Made by a program: the position numbers and the translations under genes. This document shows, piece after piece, positions 30,020 to 38,829 of a DNA stretch of 50,364 nt (position 1 is the stretch's first letter; every line of letters begins with the position of its first letter). The notes under the pieces were generated by a model. It did not search any database, had not been told where the DNA came from, and saw nothing but the letters and a program-made list of their open reading frames with translations. The stretch is from a virus. Lineage: Duplodnaviria; Heunggongvirae; Uroviricota; Caudoviricetes. The stretch lies in the IMG/VR virus record IMGVR_UViG_2563366831_000011, positions 1-50,364 of that record; one strand, given 5' to 3'.

Positions 30020-30688
30020 TCACGCCAGCTTAAGCATGCACGTCCCGCACGCTCTGGCAACATCGATATGAGCAACCTCCGCCGGCCTGTTCGCAGCATC
30101 CACCATTTCCTGCACGTCTTTGCTGGCGCCGTAACGCCGGACAACTCCGACGAATTCCTCGACGTCGTGGCCGCGAAGTTTGAGCACCGGCATACCGGTC
30201 TCTTTGTTGAATTTCGGCGCGCCATAGTCATCGGTAGCCTGGGCGATGTGGTAAAGCTCATGCTCTACCAGTGCGCAGAACTCCAGATCGTTGCATTGCT
30301 CGCAGTAGTCAGCAGCCAGGGTGATGATGAACTTCGGTATGCGTCCGAACCATTCATGCATCTGCTGCTCCATTCTGGCTTTCTGCCAGCCACCGGCGCG
30401 CATCATTACCTGCTCACACTGGCCCAGCACAATGCGGCCGCTTTTGGCGAATGAGCCAGAGGCCCACATGAACGCGACATCAGCATCGAGCAAGTGCGCA
30501 TGGTCAGGGTTATGGATTCGGCCATCTTCGGAGAGGATGTTCTGATTTACCCATTCGCCGATTTCGGCAGCAGGGATCAGCCGGGTATAAGGCAGCCAGT
30601 TTTCGCCAGTGAAGTTGACGGGAGGGTATGGTCTGCGATTGTCATTTCCAGCCATACAGAATAATCCTCTGGGTTGCTTTGATGCCAT
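30020..30688 (-). CDS. HExxH-motif protein (putative zinc metallopeptidase-like), unknown function
   Basis: 222 aa; HELYH motif and flanking Cys clusters (CEQCNDLEFC, CGTC); first gene of the packaging operon. Confidence 0.4.
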   Translation of the reverse strand: MASKQPRGLFCMAGNDNRRPYPPVNFTGENWLPYTRLIPAAEIGEWVNQNILSEDGRIHNPDHAHLLDADVAFMWASGSFAKSGRIVLGQCEQVMMRAGGWQKARMEQQMHEWFGRIPKFIITLAADYCEQCNDLEFCALVEHELYHIAQATDDYGAPKFNKETGMPVLKLRGHDVEEFVGVVRRYGASKDVQEMVDAANRPAEVAHIDVARACGTCMLKLA

Positions 30689-30828
30689 TTCGGTAATTTC
30701 GACACCGCAGTACCCGTAAACTCACATAAAACTCTGTCAATGATACAAAAAGGCATCATTTGCAGAACTTTATAAAATTATTGAACGCCTCTTTCGGTAC
30801 CTACCTTTGTCTGCCGGCATGGATGTGC

Positions 30829-30848
30829 TTGTCTCTTATAAGAGACAA
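30829..30848. promoter_or_regulatory. Perfect 20-bp palindrome TTGTCTCTTATAAGAGACAA
   Basis: Self-complementary over all 20 positions; lies in a 620-bp noncoding island. Confidence 0.5.
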
Positions 30849-30890
30849 AGACTGCTCAGAAGCTATTAAGACTCACTATTAGGAAGGGCT

Positions 30891-30930
30891 TGTCCAACAC
30901 GTTGGACACTCAATAGTGGCGAGTATAGAA
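30891..30930 (+). promoter_or_regulatory. Inverted repeat TGTCCAAC-AC-GTTGGACA overlapping a candidate sigma70 promoter
   Basis: 8-2-8 inverted repeat sharing the GTTGGACA motif with the ori iterons; TTGGAC, 16-bp spacer, TATAGA. Confidence 0.4.
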
Positions 30931-31041
30931 CGAAAAATAACCGTTCAAGGCCTTTAATGTTACACGAGTAGGAACAGCCACAGGAGGAATAAGTTACACA
31001 ATAGAAATCAGACTTCGCCCAATAATCAAAAAGGAGAATAA

Positions 31042-31158
31042 ATGTTGAAAATCAGTTTGTTTAGAACAATCGTCAATCACAAAATAACCTTCGCTGTCAT
31101 CTGCTTCCTTTTGAGCCTGATTCACTTCTACTTAACCGGCTCGCCTCTATCTTTCTAA
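31042..31158 (+). CDS. Small hydrophobic peptide (38 aa), hypothetical
   Basis: AAGGAG Shine-Dalgarno 7 nt upstream of the ATG; product MLKISLFRTIVNHKITFAVICFLLSLIHFYLTGSPLSF is mostly hydrophobic; opposite strand to the flanking late genes. Confidence 0.3.
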   Translation: MLKISLFRTIVNHKITFAVICFLLSLIHFYLTGSPLSF

Positions 31159-31311
31159 TCCTCGATTAATCCAAATTTCACTGCCATAATGCCGACATTC
31201 TCTGCCATTGTTGGCTCCGTTTATCCGTTAAAAGGGATATCAGTTAAGTTATCCCGTGCAGGGTATAAGCCATTATCAAGCCCCCCGTAGATAGGCTTTG
31301 TAATGACATCT

Positions 31312-31836
31312 TCAATTAATCAGCAGTTCAGGCTGTGTCACCTGCAAGATGTATTCATGCTCGACAGCCAGGACACGCTTCTCTTTCTTCCGTTCGTTCA
31401 TTAACCGACTGCCGATCGTACCTTTCAGCTTTGAGCGTGTTTCTTTGATGGCGTAGCGGTGCTGCATTTCTTCGCCAATTGCCATGCGGCGGCTCAGTTG
31501 CTCTGCCATCCAGTTGAATGCTGCGATATAGCTCTCCTTGATTGCCGCAGCAGCTTTCCCGGTGAACCCCATCACAACCATGATCCAGCCATCTTTCGTC
31601 AGGCTGTACATCGGGCGAACCTTGCCCTGCTCATCGATATAATCAGCCGACGCAAAATTGCGTTGGCTAAACTCACGCGAGCAATCAGCCTTAACCTGCT
31701 CGATTTTCCTGAGAACATCACCGTGTCGCTTGCCGAAGTACTTGGCAATTTTTCTGGATGTGGTAACGACCTCTCCGTTTTTGGCTTGCACCATTTCTCG
31801 GAAGTCGAAGGCTGGAATAACTGAATGATTATTCAT
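31312..31836 (-). CDS. rha: Rha-family phage regulatory protein (moron copy 2)
   Basis: 174 aa from MNNHSVI (tracked ORF starts at 31872); paralogous to 17959..18516; shared C-terminal AFNWM motif. Confidence 0.65.
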   Translation of the reverse strand: MNNHSVIPAFDFREMVQAKNGEVVTTSRKIAKYFGKRHGDVLRKIEQVKADCSREFSQRNFASADYIDEQGKVRPMYSLTKDGWIMVVMGFTGKAAAAIKESYIAAFNWMAEQLSRRMAIGEEMQHRYAIKETRSKLKGTIGSRLMNERKKEKRVLAVEHEYILQVTQPELLIN

Positions 31837-31847
31837 AGCGTCTTTAC

Positions 31848-31937
31848 CTTTTAGAAAGTGAGCCTGTCTCACAGAAAAGCCGCCCGAGAGAGGTCGCCAC
31901 CTATAACGGCATTTCTCAGGCTCGCTTACTGAAAGGC
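31848..31937. repeat. Conserved Rha leader element, copy B
   Basis: About 85 percent identical to 18527..18616, same position relative to the rha start codon. Confidence 0.7.
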
Positions 31938-31977
31938 TCTCGTGAATATGCGCGTGAGATGCGCATTTACTGCGGAC

Positions 31978-32003
31978 ATAAAAAAGCCCCGCATCGCGAG
32001 GCT
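31978..32003 (-). terminator. Intrinsic terminator after Rz
   Basis: Minus strand AGCCTCGCG-ATG-CGGGGCT followed by TTTTTT. Confidence 0.55.
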
Positions 32004-32034
32004 CATTAAATGGACTTTGTGATTTGCAAAAAAA

Positions 32035-32472
32035 TTATTTCAGGCATTGCGCCCTGATGTATTCCTGCAGGTAGTTGACCTGTGCGGTTATCTTGTCGAT
32101 TCCACTTCGGAGACGGTAATAATTGAGTTCAGCATCTGCTGTAAGTCTTGGGCTTTCTCCATCGCCCATGCTGCTGGCTCTGGTCGTTGATTTTGCACAG
32201 GTGGCGGCGACTTGCAGGCGCTTACGCCCAGAAGAAACATCAGCACGGAGACTTTCGATAGTCGCGTTAGCATCAGCAAGCTCCTTTGTATATCTGGCGT
32301 CGAGTTCTGCTACGTCACGTTGACGCTTCTGCATGTCAGCGATGATGGATGTGGCTTTGTCGCGCTGGGCTTTGTAGGCGATGGCGTTATCACGGTAATG
32401 ATTAACAGCCCATAACAGGCAGACGATGATGCAGATAACCAGAGCGGAGATAATCGCGGTGACTCTGCTCAT
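32035..32472 (-). CDS. Rz: Spanin inner-membrane subunit Rz
   Basis: 145 aa; N-terminus [19 protein letters not shown] matches lambda Rz from memory; follows endolysin. Confidence 0.8.
   Translation of the reverse strand: MSRVTAIISALVICIIVCLLWAVNHYRDNAIAYKAQRDKATSIIADMQKRQRDVAELDARYTKELADANATIESLRADVSSGRKRLQVAATCAKSTTRASSMGDGESPRLTADAELNYYRLRSGIDKITAQVNYLQEYIRAQCLK
32088..32279 (-). CDS. Rz1: Spanin outer-membrane lipoprotein Rz1 (embedded in Rz, +1 frame)
   Basis: 63-aa embedded ORF with lipobox LLGVSAC followed by a Pro-rich segment. Confidence 0.65.
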   Translation of the reverse strand: MLMLTRLSKVSVLMFLLGVSACKSPPPVQNQRPEPAAWAMEKAQDLQQMLNSIITVSEVESTR

Positions 32473-32945
32473 GCCTCAATCTCTCTGACCGTTCCGCCTG
32501 CTTCTTTGAATTTTGAAATCAGACTGTCAGCCTTATGCTCGAACTGACCATAACCAGCGCCCGGCAATGAAGCCCAGATATTGCTGCAACGGTCGATTGC
32601 CTGACGAATATCACCGCGGTCAATCATCGGTAAAGCGCCACGCTCTTTAATCTGTTGCAGTGCCACAGCGTCCTGGCTTTTCGGAGAGAAGTCTTTCAGG
32701 CCAAGCTGCTTGCGGTAGGCATCCCACCAACGGGAAAGAAGCTGGTAGCGTCCGGCGGCTGTTGATTTGAGTTTGGGGTTTAGCGTGACAAGTTTGCGAG
32801 GGTGATCGGAGTAATCAGTGAATAGCTCTCCGCCAACAATGACGTCATAACCATGATTTCTGGTTTTCTGACGTCCGTTATCAGTTCCCTCTGACCACGC
32901 CAGCATATCGAGGAACGCCTTACGTTGATTATTGATTTCCACCAT
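32469..32945 (-). CDS. R: Endolysin (lambda R-type lytic transglycosylase)
   Basis: 158 aa; [49 protein letters not shown] is near-identical to lambda R as recalled. Confidence 0.9.
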   Translation of the reverse strand: MVEINNQRKAFLDMLAWSEGTDNGRQKTRNHGYDVIVGGELFTDYSDHPRKLVTLNPKLKSTAAGRYQLLSRWWDAYRKQLGLKDFSPKSQDAVALQQIKERGALPMIDRGDIRQAIDRCSNIWASLPGAGYGQFEHKADSLISKFKEAGGTVREIEA

Positions 32946-33252
32946 CTTCTACTCCGGCTTTTTTAGCAGCGAAGCGTTTGATAAGCGAACCAATCGAGTC
33001 AGTACCGATGTAGCCGATGAACACGCTCGTTATATAAGCGAGATTGCTACTTAGTCCGGCGAAGTCGAGAAGGTCACGAATGAACCAGGCGATAATGGCG
33101 CACATCGTTGCGTCGATTACTGTTTTTGTAAACGCACCGCCATTATATCTGCCGCGAAGGTACGCCATTGCAAACGCAAGGATTGCCCCGATGCCTTGTT
33201 CCTTTGCCGCGAGAATGGCGGCTAACAGGTCATGTTTTTCTGGCATCTTCAT
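32929..33252 (-). CDS. S: Holin (lambda S-type, class I) with dual-start motif
   Basis: 107 aa; [39 protein letters not shown] is near-identical to lambda S as recalled; Met1-Lys2-Met3 dual start. Confidence 0.9.
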   Translation of the reverse strand: MKMPEKHDLLAAILAAKEQGIGAILAFAMAYLRGRYNGGAFTKTVIDATMCAIIAWFIRDLLDFAGLSSNLAYITSVFIGYIGTDSIGSLIKRFAAKKAGVEDGGNQ

Positions 33253-33366
33253 GTCTTAGCCCCAATAAGGGGATTTGCTCTATTTATTTAGGAATAAGGT
33301 CGATTACTGATAGAACAAATCCAGGCTACTGTGTTTAGTAATCAGATTTGTTCGTGACCGATATGC

Positions 33367-33404
33367 ACGGGCAAAACGGCAGGAGGCTGTTAGCGCGACC
33401 TCCT
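33367..33404 (-). terminator. Hairpin with T-tract between tRNAs and the lysis genes (tR-prime-like)
   Basis: Minus strand GGAGGTCGCGCTAACAGCCTCC followed by TGCCGTTTTG. Confidence 0.35.
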
Positions 33405-33494
33405 GCCACCCGCTTTCACGAAGATCATGTGTAGAAGGCCGCAGCGTAACTATCACTGATGAATTCAGGATAGCCAGTGGCTACGGCTCAGTTA

Positions 33495-33570
33495 TGGTGC
33501 TGTTTAACGGACTTGAACCGCTACCCATTCGCTTACAAGGCGACCGCTCTACCATTGGAGCTAAAACAGC
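33495..33570 (-). tRNA. tRNA-Thr (anticodon UGU), phage-encoded
   Basis: 76 nt; perfect 7-bp acceptor stem, 4-bp D stem, anticodon loop CTTGTAA, T-loop TTCAAGT, discriminator A then CCA (folded by eye). Confidence 0.75.
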
Positions 33571-33575
33571 ATGTT

Positions 33576-33650
33576 TGGCGGGACAGCGTGGACTCGAACC
33601 ACGATAAGAAGGTTAACAGCCTTCCGTAATGACCTTTATACGACTGACCC
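33576..33650 (-). tRNA. tRNA-Asn-like (anticodon GUU), possibly degenerate
   Basis: 75 nt; 5-bp anticodon stem with loop CTGTTAA, T-stem and TTCGAGT loop, terminal CCA; one mismatch each in acceptor and D stems. Confidence 0.45.
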
Positions 33651-33713
33651 AAATAAAAAAAGCCACCGTTGCAACTTAAGAGTCACTAATGGCAGCTTAC
33701 CTTCTAATTATGG

Positions 33714-34232
33714 CTAAATGGATAATTGCATGTCAAGGCTTTTAACAGCAACATGCTTAACTTTCTCAACACGTTTACGCATTTTAAAAGCATTTTGCAT
33801 TGGCTGGTATAAAACAAATAATGACGCTTTCAGGATGTCGTCAATTTCGTTTCTACAGGTTGCCAGTGAAGGTTTTCTCCATCCCTCGCCACCACGTCCA
33901 CACATCTTGCGTGGCTTTGCAGTCGCGTGATAGTAGGATGCAATTGCTCGCTTAGATGAACCATGAGCGTAGTAGCTTAGGAGGATGCCAAAGGCTTTCT
34001 TGTCAATGTACATGACGGAATCGACGACCTGAGAAATCAACATTCCATCGTCATCATTACACATTGGCCTTGTCATAACTCTTCCCGGCTCTACGCTCTC
34101 CATGAACTTCGCTATTACGCTGCTCATGCGCTTTTCCAGACGACCTGAATAAACCCATGCGCCCCACAGTTCAAGCCAGCCATTCAGCCACTCATGCTGT
34201 TCTTTGGTGAGGTTTAGTTCTCTTATGCCCAC
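33714..34232 (-). CDS. Q: Late antiterminator Q (non-lambda type)
   Basis: 172 aa; WGAW...[12 protein letters not shown]...[10 protein letters not shown] pattern recalled from 933W-type Q proteins; located between the nin genes and the lysis cassette. Confidence 0.6.
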   Translation of the reverse strand: MGIRELNLTKEQHEWLNGWLELWGAWVYSGRLEKRMSSVIAKFMESVEPGRVMTRPMCNDDDGMLISQVVDSVMYIDKKAFGILLSYYAHGSSKRAIASYYHATAKPRKMCGRGGEGWRKPSLATCRNEIDDILKASLFVLYQPMQNAFKMRKRVEKVKHVAVKSLDMQLSI

Positions 34233-34894
34233 GCGCCTTCTCCCTGTACCTGAATCAATGTGAGGTTTCCGCAGAACACTGCGCCGGTATCGATATACAT
34301 CTGGTTGGCAAATTTGAGTGGTTTCACTGCTGGCGTATGACCAAAGATGAACGTGTCCACGCCTTTGATTTCTTTCACGATCCCGTCTTGTGAGTTGCCG
34401 ATTCGTTCGCGGTTCCAGATTACCTGCTGAGGATCAACTGGCTTTCCAAATTCGTATTCGTTACAAGGATAATCGGCGTGGCAGATGACATATTTTTTAC
34501 CTTTGCTCACCAGTTCGATGATTAACGGAAGTTCTTCTGCTTTATGGGCAAGAGCTTTAGCCAGAATCTCTTTGTCGTAATCGAGATTGAAGAACCAGCC
34601 ACCGCCATTAAGCAGCCAGTGATTAACGTTTCCACGCTCTGATAAGCCATCAATCATCATTTGCTCATGGTTTCCACGTACAGCTCTGAACCAGGGGAAT
34701 GTGATTAATTCCAGGCATTCAACGTTCTCTGCACCACGATCAACCAAATCGCCCACCGAGATAAGCAGGTCTTTTTTGTTGTCGAATCCAATCGTATCCA
34801 GTTTGTTCATCAGGTTCGTGTAGCATCCGTGCAGATCGCCAACTACCCAAATATTTCGGTATTTGCTGCCATCAATTCTTTCGTAGATATTCAT
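34223..34894 (-). CDS. Ser/Thr protein phosphatase (lambda PPase/NinI-like)
   Basis: 223 aa; metallophosphatase motifs GDLHG, GDLVDRG, GNHE; position upstream of Q. Confidence 0.85.
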   Translation of the reverse strand: MNIYERIDGSKYRNIWVVGDLHGCYTNLMNKLDTIGFDNKKDLLISVGDLVDRGAENVECLELITFPWFRAVRGNHEQMMIDGLSERGNVNHWLLNGGGWFFNLDYDKEILAKALAHKAEELPLIIELVSKGKKYVICHADYPCNEYEFGKPVDPQQVIWNRERIGNSQDGIVKEIKGVDTFIFGHTPAVKPLKFANQMYIDTGAVFCGNLTLIQVQGEGAWA

Positions 34895-35502
34895 GCAGCC
34901 TCACTTCTGCTGTTTCGCAGTTTTTTAAGTTTCTGTTGATACTCCGCCTTGATGGTCCTGCACTCTTCGACAGTCCAGCGATGGCGGTTATGGTTTGATT
35001 CGATTTCGTCTACTGCTTCCTGCCCGATGCGGTTAATCAGTTCGACGCGATACGGAACGAGATTTCCGCTTTTGTGCTGGTTGCACACCACGCATTGCTT
35101 GTGAATATTGCGTTCATCAAATCGGAGTTGAGGCGCCGCAGCAGTTGTCCGGTAATGCCCGGCATCCCACTGAGCAGACGTGAGCGTTCCGCACGAGATA
35201 CATGGTAAGTCGCGGTCTCTTTCTCTGATGAAGGCGTTTACGGCTTGTTGGGCTTGTTTAATCCAGTAACTGCGGGGCTTTAAGGCGAGTTTTCGAATCT
35301 TAAGTTTATCTTTCTGTTTCTGATCCTCTCGTCGTCGTTTCTTCTCTGCTGCTTTTTCCGCTTTTTCGCGTTCTTTACTTCGTCGTTCGAGTGCTATCTT
35401 GGTTCCACACTCTGGAGAGCACCACCACTGATTAGCGAATGCAGGGTGAAACCATTCCCGACATTCATCGTTTTTACATCGTCTTCGCGCTGGTTTAGCC
35501 AT
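34891..35502 (-). CDS. ninG: Recombination endonuclease NinG (Rap)
   Basis: 203 aa; Cys-rich N-terminus and basic middle region typical of lambda NinG as recalled; position. Confidence 0.8.
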   Translation of the reverse strand: MAKPARRRCKNDECREWFHPAFANQWWCSPECGTKIALERRSKEREKAEKAAEKKRRREDQKQKDKLKIRKLALKPRSYWIKQAQQAVNAFIRERDRDLPCISCGTLTSAQWDAGHYRTTAAAPQLRFDERNIHKQCVVCNQHKSGNLVPYRVELINRIGQEAVDEIESNHNRHRWTVEECRTIKAEYQQKLKKLRNSRSEAA

Positions 35503-35671
35503 CGTCTTCTTCCTCGTACATTGAGCTATTCGGATCGCTCATCAGTTCTGCGCAGCAGTGCTCACACACGTGAACTTCCAGCACATGCAGCTTCTGACCG
35601 CAGTTAGCGCACGTTAAAGCCCGCTCGACGCTTTCTTTCTGGTATTGGAGGGATTGGGATGGGCTAAGCAT
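35495..35671 (-). CDS. ninF: NinF-like small zinc-binding protein
   Basis: 58-aa ORF found by hand: [44 protein letters not shown]...; overlaps the ninG start by 8 nt. Confidence 0.55.
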   Translation of the reverse strand: MLSPSQSLQYQKESVERALTCANCGQKLHVLEVHVCEHCCAELMSDPNSSMYEEEDDG

Positions 35672-36029
35672 TATTGGCGTCCTGCATCATGAGAAAGACA
35701 ATCATGGCGGCGCGGAGGGAATTTTCATGTATAGCTCGCTTAGATTTACAGTAGGCCACACCGCGTGCACCCCACTCGTCTTCATCGAGATTGATAATGC
35801 TAATCCTGTATTTTTCAATAATCGGCCATGCGTCTGCTGGGTTTGCGCATGGGTTAAAGGATCCGCGCTCAACTTCTACTTCAACTGCGTCTCCGTTTAC
35901 AATGTCTCCCTCAAATGAGACAAACACCATATCGCCATTCTCACCTTCTTTGTAATCCGGTGATCCGTTATGAATGGCTTCGAATACCGCCACGTTAATT
36001 TCAAAATCACTTAACTGTGAATAATCCAT
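35664..36029 (-). CDS. NinX-like hypothetical protein
   Basis: 121 aa from MDYSQLS (GAGGAA SD); sits between ninE-like and ninF-like genes as NinX does in P22. Confidence 0.4.
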   Translation of the reverse strand: MDYSQLSDFEINVAVFEAIHNGSPDYKEGENGDMVFVSFEGDIVNGDAVEVEVERGSFNPCANPADAWPIIEKYRISIINLDEDEWGARGVAYCKSKRAIHENSLRAAMIVFLMMQDANNA

Positions 36030-36031
36030 TG

Positions 36032-36208
36032 TCATTTCCTCGCACGATTTCTTAGCCACCGGATATCCCACAGGTGAGCAGTGTAATTGAATGTTTTCAC
36101 ATCAGATTCTTTTGGGATTGGCTTGGGTTTATTTCTGGAGCGCTTCGTTGGAAGGTATTTGCAGTTTTCGCAGATGATGTCGGTGATACTTCGTCGCTGT
36201 CGTCTCAT
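36032..36208 (-). CDS. ninE: NinE-like small protein
   Basis: 58 aa [34 protein letters not shown]...; ATG overlaps the ninB stop (ATGA). Confidence 0.5.
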   Translation of the reverse strand: MRRQRRSITDIICENCKYLPTKRSRNKPKPIPKESDVKTFNYTAHLWDIRWLRNRARK

Positions 36209-36615
36209 TCGTACCTCCTGTCGGTAAATCTGACACCCTGACCAATAGCCCATGCTGTCGTGTACTCAATCAGACTTGCCATACGCTTCACGCTCATCTG
36301 CGCGCTGCTTTCGCGAATGTTGACGTATTCGCCTTCAAGGCCTGGCAAAACATCAGCTTCCTGTTTTGTTGCCACTGCATGACCGCTGATCAACAAAACC
36401 TTCCATTGTTCCGGTTTTAACCATTTGCCGCACCATTGAACCTGACGTGCGATATCCGCCAGCATCGCGTGAAATTTTGCGTTCTGATCAAGGTTGCGCT
36501 TGTAGTCAATAATGCGGATGGTGACTGGCTTGTCTTTATCGAGTGGTGTTGCGAGGATGGCGTTGATTGCGGCTTGCTGTTGTTGCTTAGTTCGGAGGAA
36601 TATTGTTTGCTTCAC
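36205..36615 (-). CDS. ninB: NinB (Orf) recombination mediator
   Basis: 136 aa; recalled lambda NinB features; position at the start of the nin region. Confidence 0.75.
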   Translation of the reverse strand: MKQTIFLRTKQQQQAAINAILATPLDKDKPVTIRIIDYKRNLDQNAKFHAMLADIARQVQWCGKWLKPEQWKVLLISGHAVATKQEADVLPGLEGEYVNIRESSAQMSVKRMASLIEYTTAWAIGQGVRFTDRRYE

Positions 36616-36626
36616 TGAACACTCCT

Positions 36627-36818
36627 TTATTTTTTATGCCTGTAACCCCATTCTTCCAGCAACCTTGCGGCGTACCACCCAAGAAACAAAGGAAAGAACA
36701 TTACAATGAGATATTCCCCGCCACGGTCAATGTTCGAAATTGACCAGATTACGATGTAACCAGTGCAGAACAGGAATATTACAAACCCCAAAAAGCTACT
36801 TCGTCGACTCATGCTCAC
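36627..36818 (-). CDS. Small membrane protein, hypothetical
   Basis: 63 aa with two hydrophobic segments. Confidence 0.3.
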   Translation of the reverse strand: MSMSRRSSFLGFVIFLFCTGYIVIWSISNIDRGGEYLIVMFFPLFLGWYAARLLEEWGYRHKK

Positions 36819-37078
36819 TCCTTCACTTTGATTCCAGCGGCGCGGATAGCCTCTACATCGCTTTCGTATTGCGATTCTGCACCTGAGTCATAGCCAATGT
36901 GATAATCACCGGGAAGTGGGCCTTTCTTTGGCTTTTGCAGCTCAATCTCGATAGCTGCTCGCGATGCCTGCCACGCTTGCCAATACATCTCAACCATATT
37001 GGCGTATATTTTATTTTTAGGATCACATCCGGTGTAATTTTCAAACCATTCTTCAAACTGCTTTCTTGATTCGTCCAT
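36815..37078 (-). CDS. Hypothetical protein
   Basis: 87 aa ORF with overlapping stop/start to neighbours. Confidence 0.4.
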   Translation of the reverse strand: MDESRKQFEEWFENYTGCDPKNKIYANMVEMYWQAWQASRAAIEIELQKPKKGPLPGDYHIGYDSGAESQYESDVEAIRAAGIKVKE

Positions 37079-37095
37079 CGATACTTACCCTCAGT

Positions 37096-37302
37096 TCAAC
37101 TCACAAAACGCCACGCCATTTTTGCTACAGCGACAGGCGCAACACCGATAATCACCCAGACAAATGCAGCGCCAAACAACGTATACCATGGGTCTTTACC
37201 GTCATTCACAAGACGAATGTAGCTATGCAGAACAATAAAAAACGTCAGAAGAATCCATCCAACGCCAACGAATTTGAGTGCGACGAGCATAAACTCAACC
37301 AC
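37096..37302 (-). CDS. Small membrane protein, hypothetical
   Basis: 68 aa, two predicted transmembrane helices. Confidence 0.35.
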   Translation of the reverse strand: MVEFMLVALKFVGVGWILLTFFIVLHSYIRLVNDGKDPWYTLFGAAFVWVIIGVAPVAVAKMAWRFVS

Positions 37303-37377
37303 GATTTACTCTCCCCCAAATAAAAAGGCCTGCGATTACCAGCAGGCCTGTTATTAGCTCAGTGATGTAGATGGTCA

Positions 37378-38829
37378 TCAGAATCCTCCTTTCTTCTTGG
37401 ACTGCGGTTCCTCGCGTTCACGGCGGCGCATTTCAGCAGACTGTTGGTCTGTGTCATAAATAGCGCCATTTGCCTGAATGCAATACACCGTGCCGGTATT
37501 GCCATGACGATTGAGACGAAGGATTAGTTCGGTTTCACCAGGTGGAACACTGTCATCAAAAGCACCTTCACGATGGATCCCCACCCAATAATCGCAATCC
37601 TGTTCAATCTGCCCTGTATCTCGTGAGTCACTTGGTAGTGGGCGTTTATTGGTTCGGCTTTCCAGTGCGCGGTTAAGCTGCGTCAGAAGCACAACAACGC
37701 AATCAAGCTCTTTGGCAAGGTTCTTCAGTCCTTTGGTGATCATGCCGTAAGCAAGGTCGTTGCGATCGGCCTTCTCAGCGGTCATTAGTGTCAGGTAATC
37801 GACCAGAATCATGCCAACACATCCTTTTTCTCGCTTGATTCGACGGCTTTCGCTGACGATTTGAGCCAGAGATAATCCCGGCGTGTCGTCGATGTAAAGC
37901 ATGTCGATTTCACTCAAGCGATTGGCTGTTTCGATCGCCCTGTTGAAGTCACCATCGTAATCACCCTGATAGCCGTCATCAGCGTCATTTGTCGCCGGAA
38001 GGTAAAAAATATTCGGGTTAACACCTGACTTCTGTCCTACCAGTTTTTCCAGTATCTGATCACCTGGCATTTCAAGGCTGAACATCAAAGCGGGCTTTTT
38101 CTCATGCACTGCGCAATTGATTGCCATCTGGCTGTATAGCGTCGTTTTCCCCATCTTAGGGCGAGCGCCAATGACAAACAGAGAGCCTTTCACCAGACCT
38201 TTCGGTGACAGCATCCTGTCCAGCGATGGGATCCCTGTGCTCATTCCCCGTTGTTCGCCTGATGGGTCAAATCGCTTCTCAAGGTCGCTAACCCAGTCTT
38301 CCATGACCTCACCAAATGAGCGAAGGCCGCGACGCGATCCGGTTTTTGCATGGTCTGTCAGTTGCGTGAAAATCGCCTGAATAGCTTCGTACTTCTGCAT
38401 TGCAGTCATTCCGTTGCGGGAATAGAGCAATTCCGTCGCTTCAGTCATGCGGTTGATGGCGTAGCGTTCCATTGCGGTTTCACGAACCTGCATTGCATAG
38501 GCAACGATGTTTGCTGCGCTTGGCGTGTTCTTTGCGATCTCAGCGATATAAGCAAAACCGCCAACAGACGCCGTTAACGATTTACGCTCCAGTTCATCGA
38601 AAAGCGTCAGGCCATCTACTGGCTTTTGCTCACGGTGCATTCTGGTTATTTCTTCGAAAAGGATTTTGTGTGGTCGGCTGTAAAATGAATCAGGCTTCAG
38701 CATCGCCAGAACTTTCTGGACGCGCTCACTGCTGTCATCATCCAGAAGCAATCCACCAATCACCGCCTGCTCTGCCTCGATGCTATGGGGCGGCGCATAA
38801 AAATTATCGGTCATCGTGTTCACCCTCAC
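37378..38829 (-). CDS. Replicative DNA helicase (DnaB-like)
   Basis: 483 aa; N-terminal PHSIEAEQAVIGGLLLD DnaB signature; Walker A GARPKMGKT; directly downstream of the initiator. Confidence 0.85.
   Translation of the reverse strand: MRVNTMTDNFYAPPHSIEAEQAVIGGLLLDDDSSERVQKVLAMLKPDSFYSRPHKILFEEITRMHREQKPVDGLTLFDELERKSLTASVGGFAYIAEIAKNTPSAANIVAYAMQVRETAMERYAINRMTEATELLYSRNGMTAMQKYEAIQAIFTQLTDHAKTGSRRGLRSFGEVMEDWVSDLEKRFDPSGEQRGMSTGIPSLDRMLSPKGLVKGSLFVIGARPKMGKTTLYSQMAINCAVHEKKPALMFSLEMPGDQILEKLVGQKSGVNPNIFYLPATNDADDGYQGDYDGDFNRAIETANRLSEIDMLYIDDTPGLSLAQIVSESRRIKREKGCVGMILVDYLTLMTAEKADRNDLAYGMITKGLKNLAKELDCVVVLLTQLNRALESRTNKRPLPSDSRDTGQIEQDCDYWVGIHREGAFDDSVPPGETELILRLNRHGNTGTVYCIQANGAIYDTDQQSAEMRRREREEPQSKKKGGF

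Noticed and set aside
30829-30848. Resemblance of the 20-bp palindrome to a Tn5-type transposon end (CTGTCTCTTATA)
   Set aside because: No transposase gene, no second inverted copy at a distance, and the site is self-complementary; more consistent with a protein-binding or structural site than an IS end.
33253-33713. Toxin or other cargo genes between Q and the holin, as in Shiga-toxin phages
   Set aside because: The interval contains only two tRNAs and a hairpin; no ORF of meaningful length.
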